A stretch of DNA of 55,454 nt from a virus (taxonomy: Duplodnaviria; Caudoviricetes), in the IMG/VR virus record IMGVR_UViG_3300048687_000048, positions 1-55,454 of that record; one strand, 5' to 3'. Position numbers and translations under genes: made by a program. Of this stretch, positions 10,764 to 19,800 are shown piece after piece. Positions within the stretch are counted from its first letter, which is position 1; every line of letters starts with the position of its first letter. Under the pieces are notes generated by a model. The model did not search any database. It saw only the letters and a program-made list of their open reading frames with translations, and had not been told where the DNA came from.

Positions 10764-11183
10764 GTGGCGAATGCCAAGTACTCCCAGGTCGTTGACCTCC
10801 TGGCTGCCGGGAAGCTGAACTGGGCCACCAACAACATCCAGGCGGGCCTGCTGGAAGGGGCCACCTTCAATGCTGCACAGCGCAAGCTCTCGGAGGTCGG
10901 CCAGCCAGTGGCTCGTGTTCCGATTCAGGGTCGCTCAGTTTCTGGCAACGCTTTCCTGGGCTATGCAGCGGCTTTCCCTCGGGTTGCAGCCGGCGAGTAC
11001 CAGGTCGTCGTCATGCAAGACACGGGTTCTGACCCCAACCTCTTGGCCTGGTATGACACAGACGAAGGCGCCGGCCCGCTCACGATCGAGAACGAGGGCA
11101 CGCTCGTCCTCCGTCCGGTCGTTGTCCCTGACGACCTGCCACCGGACTCCACCTCCACGGTCCGGGTCTGGATGAGGATCTGA
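10764..11183 (+). CDS. Phage minor structural protein
   Basis: RBS GAGGA before GTG 10764. N-terminus MANAKY...KLNWATNNIQAGLL resembles a widespread phage tail-associated family. Confidence 0.55.
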   Translation: MANAKYSQVVDLLAAGKLNWATNNIQAGLLEGATFNAAQRKLSEVGQPVARVPIQGRSVSGNAFLGYAAAFPRVAAGEYQVVVMQDTGSDPNLLAWYDTDEGAGPLTIENEGTLVLRPVVVPDDLPPDSTSTVRVWMRI

Positions 11184-12076
11184 TGAGCATCGCCACCATC
11201 ACCGCCACGTCCCGGCAACTGGTGCGGGACTTCCCCAAGTACTTCGAAGTTGAGTTGGGTCCACTCAACATTCTGACAATCCGGCTGCCCCACCCGCTGA
11301 TCCAGCCGACGTCGCTGCAGGTCTACGTGGCGTCGCAGCCACCGATCTCCGGGAACTCGTGGACGACCACGCTGACCACGGCCTGGGAACTCGATGACCG
11401 CAACGGGCTGCTCAAGCTCACCGACGCCTCGGCGCTGGGCCAGCGGGTACTGATCTCGGGCTACCACTACACCTGGTTCGCTGACTCCGACCTGGCCCTG
11501 GCCTCGACCATGTCGGCCGAGGAGACGCTGTACAACACGAACGGCGAGGCCGATGACATCGAGGGCATCTACACCGAGGTGACGGCGATGGGCGCCGTGG
11601 TCCGGGCGCTCTGGTCGTTGGCCCTGGAGTTGAGCCTCGATATCGACGTATCCACGCCAGAGGGCATGTACATCCCGGCTCGTCAGCGTTACTCACAGGT
11701 CATGCAGATGATGCAGTACTGGGAGAACGAGTACACCACTCGGGCCACGGCGCTGAACATCGGGCTCAACCAGATCGAGCAGTTCAACATGCGCCGCATT
11801 GCGTATCTCACGAACCGCTACGTGCCCATGTACAAGGCCCGTGAGGTCGATGACCACCGTTGGCCGCAGCGCATCTATCCGCCGATCCCGGACGGCACCA
11901 TGAGCGGTCCCACCCACACCGAGTTGGATGTCGTGGAAGCAGTGGCCGACGCCGAGCCCGGCGATCTCGCCAACCGTGCCGTCACCGGTCCCACCGGTCG
12001 CTGGTACGGCGGGCAGGACATCGGCTGGACGTCGATCGGTACCCGTGGTGATACGGAATACCTGGAAGGCCGCTGA
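11183..12076 (+). CDS. Putative head-tail adaptor/neck protein
   Basis: TGATG coupling; motif LDIDVSTPEGMYIPARQRYSQV; position upstream of the tail genes. Confidence 0.5.
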   Translation: MSIATITATSRQLVRDFPKYFEVELGPLNILTIRLPHPLIQPTSLQVYVASQPPISGNSWTTTLTTAWELDDRNGLLKLTDASALGQRVLISGYHYTWFADSDLALASTMSAEETLYNTNGEADDIEGIYTEVTAMGAVVRALWSLALELSLDIDVSTPEGMYIPARQRYSQVMQMMQYWENEYTTRATALNIGLNQIEQFNMRRIAYLTNRYVPMYKAREVDDHRWPQRIYPPIPDGTMSGPTHTELDVVEAVADAEPGDLANRAVTGPTGRWYGGQDIGWTSIGTRGDTEYLEGR

Positions 12077-12483
12077 TGGCTGCCTCCGATCATCTCCATC
12101 CGGGGCAACTGACGATGTTCATGACGCCCAACGAGATGATCGGTGGAGCAGTCACCCACGCCAATGACGTGTGGGGGCCGGACCCCAAGCGAGAGGGCCG
12201 CAGTGGGCCGGCGCCGCTGACTCCCGAGATGATCGCCAACCACCCACGGTGGAAGGAGAAGCGCCGGACCATCGAGCGCCCTGACGGCATCGCCAAGTCG
12301 GTGGCCGCAGAGGGCGTGCACGAGCCACTGCAGATCTTCCACGACTCACCGGGAGCCAACGCCGCCAAGGGCCTCAGCCGGGACGATCCCCGAGGAATGC
12401 TCCGCAACGGCCACCACCGCTTCCTGGCCCAGTACCTCGCCAACCCTGACCGGCTGATGCCGGTGACGCATCGGACCCACTGA
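12076..12483 (+). CDS. ParB/sulfiredoxin-like N-terminal domain protein
   Basis: SVAAEGVHEPLQI...LRNGHHRFLA matches the ParB-N GxxR box; coupled to both neighbours by TGATG. Confidence 0.6.
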   Translation: MAASDHLHPGQLTMFMTPNEMIGGAVTHANDVWGPDPKREGRSGPAPLTPEMIANHPRWKEKRRTIERPDGIAKSVAAEGVHEPLQIFHDSPGANAAKGLSRDDPRGMLRNGHHRFLAQYLANPDRLMPVTHRTH

Positions 12484-13010
12484 TGGACACCCGACGTGAG
12501 GTCCGTGAGATATGGCGACACTTCGGTCGCTACCAGGACGACATCGGAGAGGCCTGCATCTACTTCAAGTTCGATGCCGACACCTCCAAGTACGACGACG
12601 TCTACGACGAGGGCTTCCGACGCTACGAGGTCGGCATCCGCATCCCCATCCTGTGGGTGGACCAGAGCGAGTCCGCCGAGGACTACAGCCCGGAGGGACG
12701 CCGGCCCACGCAGCGGGTGCGTCTGGCCGTGTCGGCCCGTGAGCTACATGGCGCCGGCATCTCGGTCACCGAGGCCCACGGCAACCGTCTCACTGATGGC
12801 AGCCCGTCGCTGGTATGGCGGTATGACCGGGTGCACGACGTCATGTACTACGACAATCGTTACTACGAAGTCAGCGCCTTCCAGATCCGTGGCCGGGCCA
12901 AGGGCGAGGACGTCATCATCGGGATCACCGGCATCGAGACGTACCCCTCCGACGACATGCTCTTCGACTTCCAGCCCGGCTCGATCGTTCCCGAGGTGAA
13001 CCCGCTATGA
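12483..13010 (+). CDS. Putative head-closure/stopper protein
   Basis: DDVYDEG near the N-terminus and a beta-rich C-terminus (DVMYYDNRYYEV...RGR); neck-gene position. Confidence 0.5.
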   Translation: MDTRREVREIWRHFGRYQDDIGEACIYFKFDADTSKYDDVYDEGFRRYEVGIRIPILWVDQSESAEDYSPEGRRPTQRVRLAVSARELHGAGISVTEAHGNRLTDGSPSLVWRYDRVHDVMYYDNRYYEVSAFQIRGRAKGEDVIIGITGIETYPSDDMLFDFQPGSIVPEVNPL

Positions 13011-13981
13011 GCGTTGACCAGGCACTGCCCACCACTGCGCCGTACGGCCGAGGCGTGTGGACCGACTACGAGGACAACTGGCGGGGCAAGGACGCCAACT
13101 GGCTGCAGAGTCGGTCGATCCTGCGCTACGCCAACCCCACCGCCCGTGACGCTGACCTGACGGCACCGGAGGTCGGCCAGTTCGTCTTCTCGGCCGACGT
13201 GGACATCCTCACCTACCGCTCCGGCACTGGCGTCTGGAAGTACTACAAGCCGCTCCCGCAGTACACGACGACGACGCAGGACGACACCAGCGGCGTGGCG
13301 CTGAGCCACCTCAACGCTGGCGGCAAGGGCGTCATCCTCGGTCCCGGTTCGCCGGCTGGCACCGGCCTGGTGACGCTCAACGCTCCGCTCACCGTGATGG
13401 GCGGCGTGCTCACGGCTGACAGCACCGGTGTCACCATCAAGACCGGGGCCAAGACGGTCAAGCTCACCACCAGCGCCACCGACCTCGTCAGCGATTCCCC
13501 GATCACAGCGCCATCGATGACCATCGCTGGTGCCCTGTCTGCCGGCGCCATCACCGGCACGTCACTGAACGCTCCCACGGGCACGCACACCAACCTCAGC
13601 GTGTCGGGCACGATCACCGGCGGCACCTTCGCCGGTGTCGTCAACGCCACCACGGTCAGTGCCAGCGGATCGAGCACACTCGGCGGCGTCGGCCTGGCCT
13701 CTGGCATCGTCACGGCGACCGGTGGCCTCATCGCCCAGGGCGCCTACGTGCGAGGTGATGCCAGCGCCGGCTACTACAGCTACCGCAACCCCAGCGGTGG
13801 CGCCGTCGCCACATCGGCGGTGACGGTCGATGCGACCTACCTCCGCTTCCGGGCGCCCAACGGCATCCCCCTCGACAAGGGCGACGGCACGCACACCGGG
13901 GCCTGGGTCGGCGGAGCCATCGTCTCAGGCAGTGATCCCGGCGCCGGCAACTTCCCCAACGGGACCATCTGGGTGTCGTAG
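13007..13981 (+). CDS. Fibre-like structural protein
   Basis: Gly/Thr-rich beta-strand composition; C-terminal VSGSDPGAGNFPNGTIWVS. Confidence 0.5.
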   Translation: MSVDQALPTTAPYGRGVWTDYEDNWRGKDANWLQSRSILRYANPTARDADLTAPEVGQFVFSADVDILTYRSGTGVWKYYKPLPQYTTTTQDDTSGVALSHLNAGGKGVILGPGSPAGTGLVTLNAPLTVMGGVLTADSTGVTIKTGAKTVKLTTSATDLVSDSPITAPSMTIAGALSAGAITGTSLNAPTGTHTNLSVSGTITGGTFAGVVNATTVSASGSSTLGGVGLASGIVTATGGLIAQGAYVRGDASAGYYSYRNPSGGAVATSAVTVDATYLRFRAPNGIPLDKGDGTHTGAWVGGAIVSGSDPGAGNFPNGTIWVS

Positions 13982-14881
13982 ATGGCGGTCTACGTCAAGC
14001 AGGGCGCCCTCGGCGCCGGCTCCTGGTACGGCCCAATCGCCGCCGGCTTGCTGCGTGTTCAGTGGGGAGGTAGCTGGTACACGCCGGCTGCCCTCTACGC
14101 CCGGCCTACCCCCGGCCTGGGGAGCACCAGCAGTGGGTGGTACGACTCGGGGTACCGGGGGTATCCGGCCACACCCTCGGCACCCTGGGTCTACGCCTGG
14201 GACTACAACAACGTCGCCATCGCCTGGAATGCCGGCGGTGGTGGTGCCCCGGTATCGGCGTATCAGATCGTGCAGACCGACTCCGGCGGCAACTGGATGT
14301 ACTCCTACGAGGTCGGTGGATCACCGTGGGGCAACTTCTCGGTCGGGCCGGGTGGCTACTACCAGTACTACGTGCGGGCCAAGACGGCCGCTGGCCTCTA
14401 CAGCCCCTTCGCCGGGCCGCTGCGGATCTACATCGGCCAGCCCAGCACCTACTACGAGACGACCGAGACAGGCACTCGTGGGTGGTCGGAGTACATGGAT
14501 GTGGCCGGGTGGGGCTTCAAGGACAACCTCGTCGGGCCACGGCCACCTGGTGATGTCATCGTCACCCAGATCCACTGGGACCTTGGCTGCCCCTATGGCA
14601 TCCTGAGCCCGTTCAACAACCGCTCGATCGACATCGTCGGCAACGAAGGTCAGTACGTGTGGCCGACGCAGAACTGGCCGTGGCAAGAAGTCCACGGTGA
14701 CGACTACTTCTACCACCAGAGCAACACAGGGCGGTGGGGCTTCATCTGTCGTGGTGCCGGTTGGACCGTGAGTTACGGCGGGGCCTCACGGGTGTGGGGC
14801 AGCTTCACCGTCTATGGCAACCAGACGTATCAGTATCAGCAGGGTCACTGGACCACCGCCACCGGCAACGGCTACTGGTAG
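13982..14881 (+). CDS. Structural protein with fibronectin type III-like domain
   Basis: PATPSAP...VAIAWNAGGGGAPVSAYQI...YQYYVRAKTAAGLYSPF fits the FN3 pattern. Confidence 0.6.
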   Translation: MAVYVKQGALGAGSWYGPIAAGLLRVQWGGSWYTPAALYARPTPGLGSTSSGWYDSGYRGYPATPSAPWVYAWDYNNVAIAWNAGGGGAPVSAYQIVQTDSGGNWMYSYEVGGSPWGNFSVGPGGYYQYYVRAKTAAGLYSPFAGPLRIYIGQPSTYYETTETGTRGWSEYMDVAGWGFKDNLVGPRPPGDVIVTQIHWDLGCPYGILSPFNNRSIDIVGNEGQYVWPTQNWPWQEVHGDDYFYHQSNTGRWGFICRGAGWTVSYGGASRVWGSFTVYGNQTYQYQQGHWTTATGNGYW

Positions 14882-14899
14882 CTGTGTCATAGTTACGGA

Positions 14900-15166
14900 G
14901 TGATTGACTCCATCGGACAGACGGCCATCCGCTCACTGGGCGTGGACGTCGCCAACCTGTCCTCCCGCCTGGCGCTGACCCAGGCGATCATGGAAGAACT
15001 GTGTGGGATCGCCTCCACCTTCGACATGTCGGCGTGGAAGCACGATCCGATCCCCAACGACGACGGCAGCGAGTCCCACGCCTACATGACCACCGTCCCC
15101 GGCACGGAGATGGAGAAGATGCAGGCGATCCTGTCCATCCTCTGGCGAGCATCACAACCGGACTAG
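14900..15166 (+). CDS. Hypothetical protein
   Basis: 88-aa ORF with typical codon usage that fills the gap between neighbours. Confidence 0.5.
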   Translation: MIDSIGQTAIRSLGVDVANLSSRLALTQAIMEELCGIASTFDMSAWKHDPIPNDDGSESHAYMTTVPGTEMEKMQAILSILWRASQPD

Positions 15167-15226
15167 GGTGACGGCGTCCGGCACCGAGCGGTGTTGGGCC
15201 TCAACTGCCAGCCGTGAGGAGCCAGA

Positions 15227-15634
15227 GTGGCCTCGATTGAGATCGCTTCTGGATGGGTCGATGCCGTCCAGCGATACGTCGATGGACTGATGGCCGACTC
15301 CGTGCTGGCGGCGCAGAACGCCACCCAGTTCTTCCATGAGCAGGTCGTCGCCCGTGCTCAGGCTGATGAGGACTGGTCCTCCATCGCTGACAACATCGAG
15401 GTCTGGTCCTCGGACGGCCAACTGGTGATCGGGGTGCAGAACCCGGTGTTCGCCTCGCAGGCCATGATCCTGGAGTACGGCGACCTGGAGGCGGCGCCCA
15501 ACCCGCTGTTCCGCACGCTGTCGAGCGCCACCCGTGACGCCGCCAAGCACATGCAGGACGAGATGGACTCCAAGTACGGCCCGTCGATGGACGTGGGTGC
15601 GCCCAAGATCAAGGGCGTGCTCCGTGCCTCCTAG
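15227..15634 (+). CDS. Hypothetical neck/tail-completion protein
   Basis: RBS GAGGAG; LEYGD...PNPLFR motif reminiscent of HK97 gp10-like proteins. Confidence 0.45.
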   Translation: MASIEIASGWVDAVQRYVDGLMADSVLAAQNATQFFHEQVVARAQADEDWSSIADNIEVWSSDGQLVIGVQNPVFASQAMILEYGDLEAAPNPLFRTLSSATRDAAKHMQDEMDSKYGPSMDVGAPKIKGVLRAS

Positions 15635-16427
15635 GCCGCTCCGAGACAAGCCCGACGTCTACGCCCACACCGGCTTCATCCTCGCTGAGGACGAGATGTT
15701 GAAGGGCCACCTCACTGGTATCCGGGTACCAGGCCGTGACGCCACCGAACCGGAGGTCGACGTCGGGGTGTGGTTCCGCTGGCCCGAGGGCGAGCGTCAG
15801 ATCAAGTACCCCTTCATCGCCATCGACCTGCTCTCGGCCGAGCCGGCGTTCGACCTGTTCCACAGCGACCACCTGGAGCCCACCGACCACCTCTACCGGC
15901 CGGACAAGAGCCCACTGCTACCACCGCCCCCCGGTGGCTGGGCCACCCAGAGCTACGCCATCCGCAACTACCTCCCCTTCCGCCTGCAGTACCAGGTGGC
16001 CGTGCACACCCGCAACGCATTGCACGACCGCTACCTGCAGTCGATCTTCAAGACCGACGTCTTCCCGGTCCGGCCGTTCTGGCTCTGGATGGACGTCGAT
16101 GAGACATGGCGACGCACCGAACTGGTGCAGACCGTGTCATCCGATCTCTCGGAGACGACCGAGTCGGGCACCAAGCGGATCTTCCGCAAGGTGTACACCG
16201 TCTCGGTCCTGGCCGAGGTCCCGCAGGATCGCATCGTGGACTCCTGGGTCTACAAGGTGCTGCGGGTGCTCGTCCCGGTCGTTGACCGGGACTGGTTCGA
16301 CAGCTACTACGAGGCCTGCCTCAAGAACGTTGTTGATCCACTTGGTATCTCACAGGCCACTCGGGACGAGGAAGGCGAGTACTTCCACGTCTGGCATGAG
16401 GGCCACGAGATCCCAGCCCCATCGTGA
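15624..16427 (+). CDS. Putative tail terminator/completion protein
   Basis: GTG at 15624; FILAEDEMLK...VWFRWPE...YPFIAIDL; directly upstream of the sheath gene. Confidence 0.55.
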   Translation: MPPRPLRDKPDVYAHTGFILAEDEMLKGHLTGIRVPGRDATEPEVDVGVWFRWPEGERQIKYPFIAIDLLSAEPAFDLFHSDHLEPTDHLYRPDKSPLLPPPPGGWATQSYAIRNYLPFRLQYQVAVHTRNALHDRYLQSIFKTDVFPVRPFWLWMDVDETWRRTELVQTVSSDLSETTESGTKRIFRKVYTVSVLAEVPQDRIVDSWVYKVLRVLVPVVDRDWFDSYYEACLKNVVDPLGISQATRDEEGEYFHVWHEGHEIPAPS

Positions 16428-16498
16428 CACTGCCGTCTGGCTCGTAGAACTCATCGGCGCATCCCTCTGGTCCCTACGTCTATGAGCCAAGGAGTGTC

Positions 16499-18142
16499 AT
16501 GCCCATCACCTATCGACGGCCAGGCGTGTACCTGGAAGAGAGCCTGCTGGTCAACAGCGCCGACACGGCCTCCACCTTCACGGTGGCGGCGTTCATCGGA
16601 GCAGCCGGTAAGGGTCCCCTGAACACGCCGGTCCGAGTGGACTCGTGGTCCGACTACGTCAACATCTTCGGCGGGTTCGCACCCATCAACCCTGTTGCCC
16701 CGGCGACCACCAAGGCCCTCTCATACCTGCCTTTCAGCGTCTACTCGTTCTTCCAGAGCGGTGGCCGCACGGCGTACATCATCCGGGCCGCTCCCACGGC
16801 GACCATCGATCAGGGCACCGCCGCCAAGATCGCCGTCAACGGTGGCGACGCCTCCGAGACGCCGCTGATGGCGTTCCAGTTGAACGCCCTCTCCGCCGGC
16901 ACCTGGGGCAACAGCCTCAAGTACAACCTCTCGACGCAGTCCACGGTGGGCACGGCGCCCAACGCCGACAACGTCTTCGCCCTGCAGATCCTGATCACCA
17001 ACGCCGATGGTCGGGACGAGGTCGTGGAGACGTTCTCGGGGTTGTCGATCAAGGGTGAGATCCCCGGTTCCCGGCCGATCTCGGCCACCATCAACGACCC
17101 CACCGCCGGCTCGCAGTACGTCACCGTCAGTGACGTCAGCGCCGGTCAGGGTCAGCCGGTGGTGACGACCAACGCCGTGGCCCTGGCCGGTGGTGTCGAT
17201 CCCAAGCTCCCCGATGCCTCGGCGCTCACCGCAGCGGCGAGCTACGTGTCATCCATCGAAGGTCCGGTCATCGTCAACGTGGTCGGCTACCACAGCGACG
17301 TCGCCAAGATCGAGACGGCCAATGCGGTCACCAGCTACGTCGGCGGCACGGTGCCCTCGACCACCTGGACCGACCGCCAGGACATCTTCGTGGTCAACGA
17401 CTCGGCACCGCCCCGGCTCCCGAACCAGTCGTCGGCGGCGTACCTGTCTTCGATCACGACATCGCTCGGCGCCAACACCGGTGACAGCTACTCGGCCTCC
17501 TACGGGCCGTGGATCATCGTCCCCAACCCGTCGTCCATCGGTTCGACGCTGGCGATCCCGCCAGGTGGAGCGGTGATGGGCGTGACGGCCCGCATCGACG
17601 CCACGGTCGGGGTGTTCCGGGCTCCGGCCGGGATCATCGCCAGCATCTCCAACGCCGTGGGCGTGCAGACGAAGTTCTCCGACACCGAGCTTGGGACGCT
17701 CAACAGCCAGAACATCAACGTCGTCCGCTCGGTGGTCGGCGCCGGCATCTGCGTCATGGGTGGCCGCACCCGCAAGACGTTCGGTGCCGATCGGTACGTC
17801 AGCGCTCGTCGCACGCTGATCTACATCAAGGAGGTGGTGCGCCGCTCCACGCAGTTCGCCGTCTTCGAGAACAACGATCAGCGCCTGTGGGCTTCGCTCC
17901 GCATGAGCGCTGAGCGGATCCTGCGTCCGCTGTGGGAGGCCGGAGGGCTCAAGGGCTCCAACACCAACGAGGCCTACTACATCCGCTGCGACGACACCAT
18001 CAACACGCCCTCCGTCATCCAGTCCGGCGAGGTCCGGATGGAGTTGGGCGTGGCGCTGCAGTACCCGGCTGAGTTCGTCATCATCCGGCTCACGCAGTAC
18101 GACCAGGGTTCGTTCACGGCTGAAGTCCAGCCGGCGTCATAA
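16499..18142 (+). CDS. Contractile tail sheath protein
   Basis: YRRPGVYLEE N-terminus; GVFRAPAG, YVSARRTLIYI, FAVFENND..LW and GVALQYPAEFVIIRL motifs. Confidence 0.95.
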   Translation: MPITYRRPGVYLEESLLVNSADTASTFTVAAFIGAAGKGPLNTPVRVDSWSDYVNIFGGFAPINPVAPATTKALSYLPFSVYSFFQSGGRTAYIIRAAPTATIDQGTAAKIAVNGGDASETPLMAFQLNALSAGTWGNSLKYNLSTQSTVGTAPNADNVFALQILITNADGRDEVVETFSGLSIKGEIPGSRPISATINDPTAGSQYVTVSDVSAGQGQPVVTTNAVALAGGVDPKLPDASALTAAASYVSSIEGPVIVNVVGYHSDVAKIETANAVTSYVGGTVPSTTWTDRQDIFVVNDSAPPRLPNQSSAAYLSSITTSLGANTGDSYSASYGPWIIVPNPSSIGSTLAIPPGGAVMGVTARIDATVGVFRAPAGIIASISNAVGVQTKFSDTELGTLNSQNINVVRSVVGAGICVMGGRTRKTFGADRYVSARRTLIYIKEVVRRSTQFAVFENNDQRLWASLRMSAERILRPLWEAGGLKGSNTNEAYYIRCDDTINTPSVIQSGEVRMELGVALQYPAEFVIIRLTQYDQGSFTAEVQPAS

Positions 18143-18154
18143 GGAGGTCCACAG

Positions 18155-18778
18155 ATGCCATCACCAACATTGGCTGACCGCACTCGGCTCCGTGCCGACC
18201 CGGTTCGCAACTTCAAGTTCCAGGTCCAGTTGTTCCACTCGGACGCCAAGCTCCAGACCCAGATCGCAGAGATGGGGTTCATGACGGTGGAAGGCCTCTC
18301 GATGACGACCGAGATGGTCGCCTACCGAGAGGGTGGGTGGAACACCAACCCGCACAAGCTCCCCGGCATGACCGACTTCGCCCCGCTCACGATGAGCGCT
18401 GGCGTCTTCTACCTCAAGCCCGGCATGTGGAACCTGGCGAAGCAGATGTTCGCCGTGCAGTGGGGCCAAGGCACCATCGGCATGGGCGAGGAGTTCCGCT
18501 TCGACATGGCCGTGCGGATCATGGACCACCCGGTCACCGACAACCCCGGCTCGGGCTCGCCCGGCGACGGGATCAACGGCTCGGTGATCGCCTTCGCCTT
18601 CTACAACGCCTGGGTGGCGTCGGTCGGCTTCAACGGCCTCAACGCCATGGACAACAGCGTCCTCATCCACCAGATGACCGTGCACCACGAGGGCTTCGAC
18701 GTCTTCTACGGCAACCAGGACGCCATCAACCTCCGCCACGGCGGAGTCGGCGGCGGTGCCGTCGCCCGCATCAGCTAA
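18155..18778 (+). CDS. Tail tube protein (T4 gp19-like)
   Basis: DPVRNFKFQV, GF..VEGL...E.VAYREGG, KLPG.T.F.PLT, NAW and HEGF motifs; follows the sheath gene; RBS AAGGAGG. Confidence 0.92.
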   Translation: MPSPTLADRTRLRADPVRNFKFQVQLFHSDAKLQTQIAEMGFMTVEGLSMTTEMVAYREGGWNTNPHKLPGMTDFAPLTMSAGVFYLKPGMWNLAKQMFAVQWGQGTIGMGEEFRFDMAVRIMDHPVTDNPGSGSPGDGINGSVIAFAFYNAWVASVGFNGLNAMDNSVLIHQMTVHHEGFDVFYGNQDAINLRHGGVGGGAVARIS

Positions 18779-18812
18779 CCGATACCCCCGTATCACACAG
18801 GAGCATGACATC

Positions 18813-19652
18813 GTGACAGACGTTCGAGACGCAGACATCTCGACGGCCGAAGAACTCTTTGGGAGCAAGCAGGCTGATCTCCAGGCGGCGAGGGAGCAGA
18901 TCGCAGGACCGGTGCCGCTCATCGAGCAGGCGCCGGACTGCCATCTCTCCCTGCCTCGGGGGCTCTTCTACAAGGGCCAGTACAAGAAGGACGTGGTGGT
19001 CAGGGAACTGACCGGCATGGACGAGGAGGCCCTGGCGAAGCACCGGGAGCCCTCCGACTACTACGACATGGTGGTGGCGCTCGGTGTCGAGCGCATCGAT
19101 GACCTCGATCTCGGCACTCTCCCCCTGGCCGAGCGACAGGGCTGGCTCCGCTCCCTGCTCATCGGGGAGCGGGACCAGATCTACATCGCCATCATCCGGG
19201 CCACCTTCGGAGAGCGCAAGGTCGTCAACTTCCGGTGTGTCCACTGCGACCAGGAGCAGGAGATGGAACTCCTGCTCTCGGAGGACTTCAAGCCCAAGGT
19301 CGTGGAGGACGTGGACAACGAGGTCTTCACGTTCTCCACATCCAAGGGCCACGAGTTGCAGTACCGCCTCGTCACCGGCGACGACCAGCGAGAGGCATAC
19401 GCCCGTAAGGGTGCTACGACGGCCGAGCAGAACACGATCCTGCTCAGCCGCTGCATCACCAAGCTCAACGGCGGGCTCATCCCCGATCCCACGAGCTACG
19501 TGCGGAACCTCGGGATCAAGGACCGCCAGACCCTCCTCACAGCGTTGGTCGATCACCAGCCATCGATCGACCTGCGACTGTCCACCACCTGCGTCGCCTG
19601 CGGGCAGGAGGTCCCGCTGGCACTCGGCTGGGCCGATCTCTTTCGCACCTGA
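18813..19652 (+). CDS. Tail assembly chaperone / baseplate-hub assembly protein with two CxxC motifs
   Basis: GTG 18813 after AGGAG; VRELTGMDEE, LLIGERD, CVHC and CVAC; lies between tube and tape measure. Confidence 0.75.
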   Translation: MTDVRDADISTAEELFGSKQADLQAAREQIAGPVPLIEQAPDCHLSLPRGLFYKGQYKKDVVVRELTGMDEEALAKHREPSDYYDMVVALGVERIDDLDLGTLPLAERQGWLRSLLIGERDQIYIAIIRATFGERKVVNFRCVHCDQEQEMELLLSEDFKPKVVEDVDNEVFTFSTSKGHELQYRLVTGDDQREAYARKGATTAEQNTILLSRCITKLNGGLIPDPTSYVRNLGIKDRQTLLTALVDHQPSIDLRLSTTCVACGQEVPLALGWADLFRT

Positions 19653-19800
19653 CGAGCAGACCCTCTACCTCAACTACGACATCATCTCCGCCCACAACGC
19701 CGGCTGGACGATCAGTGAGATACGGACGATGACCAACCGACAGCGCAACTACTGGCTCCGGATCATCACCTGGAAGCGGGATAAGAGAGCGAATGCCTGA
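19642..19800 (+). CDS. Frameshifted C-terminal extension of the tail assembly chaperone (+1 frame)
   Basis: FAPDEQTLYLNYDIISAHNAGWTISEIRTMTNRQRNYWL... has no start codon of its own before residue ~30 and is entered at CTC-TTT-CGC (19638-19646). Confidence 0.6.
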   Translation, partial: FAPDEQTLYLNYDIISAHNAGWTISEIRTMTNRQRNYWLRIITWKRDKRANA

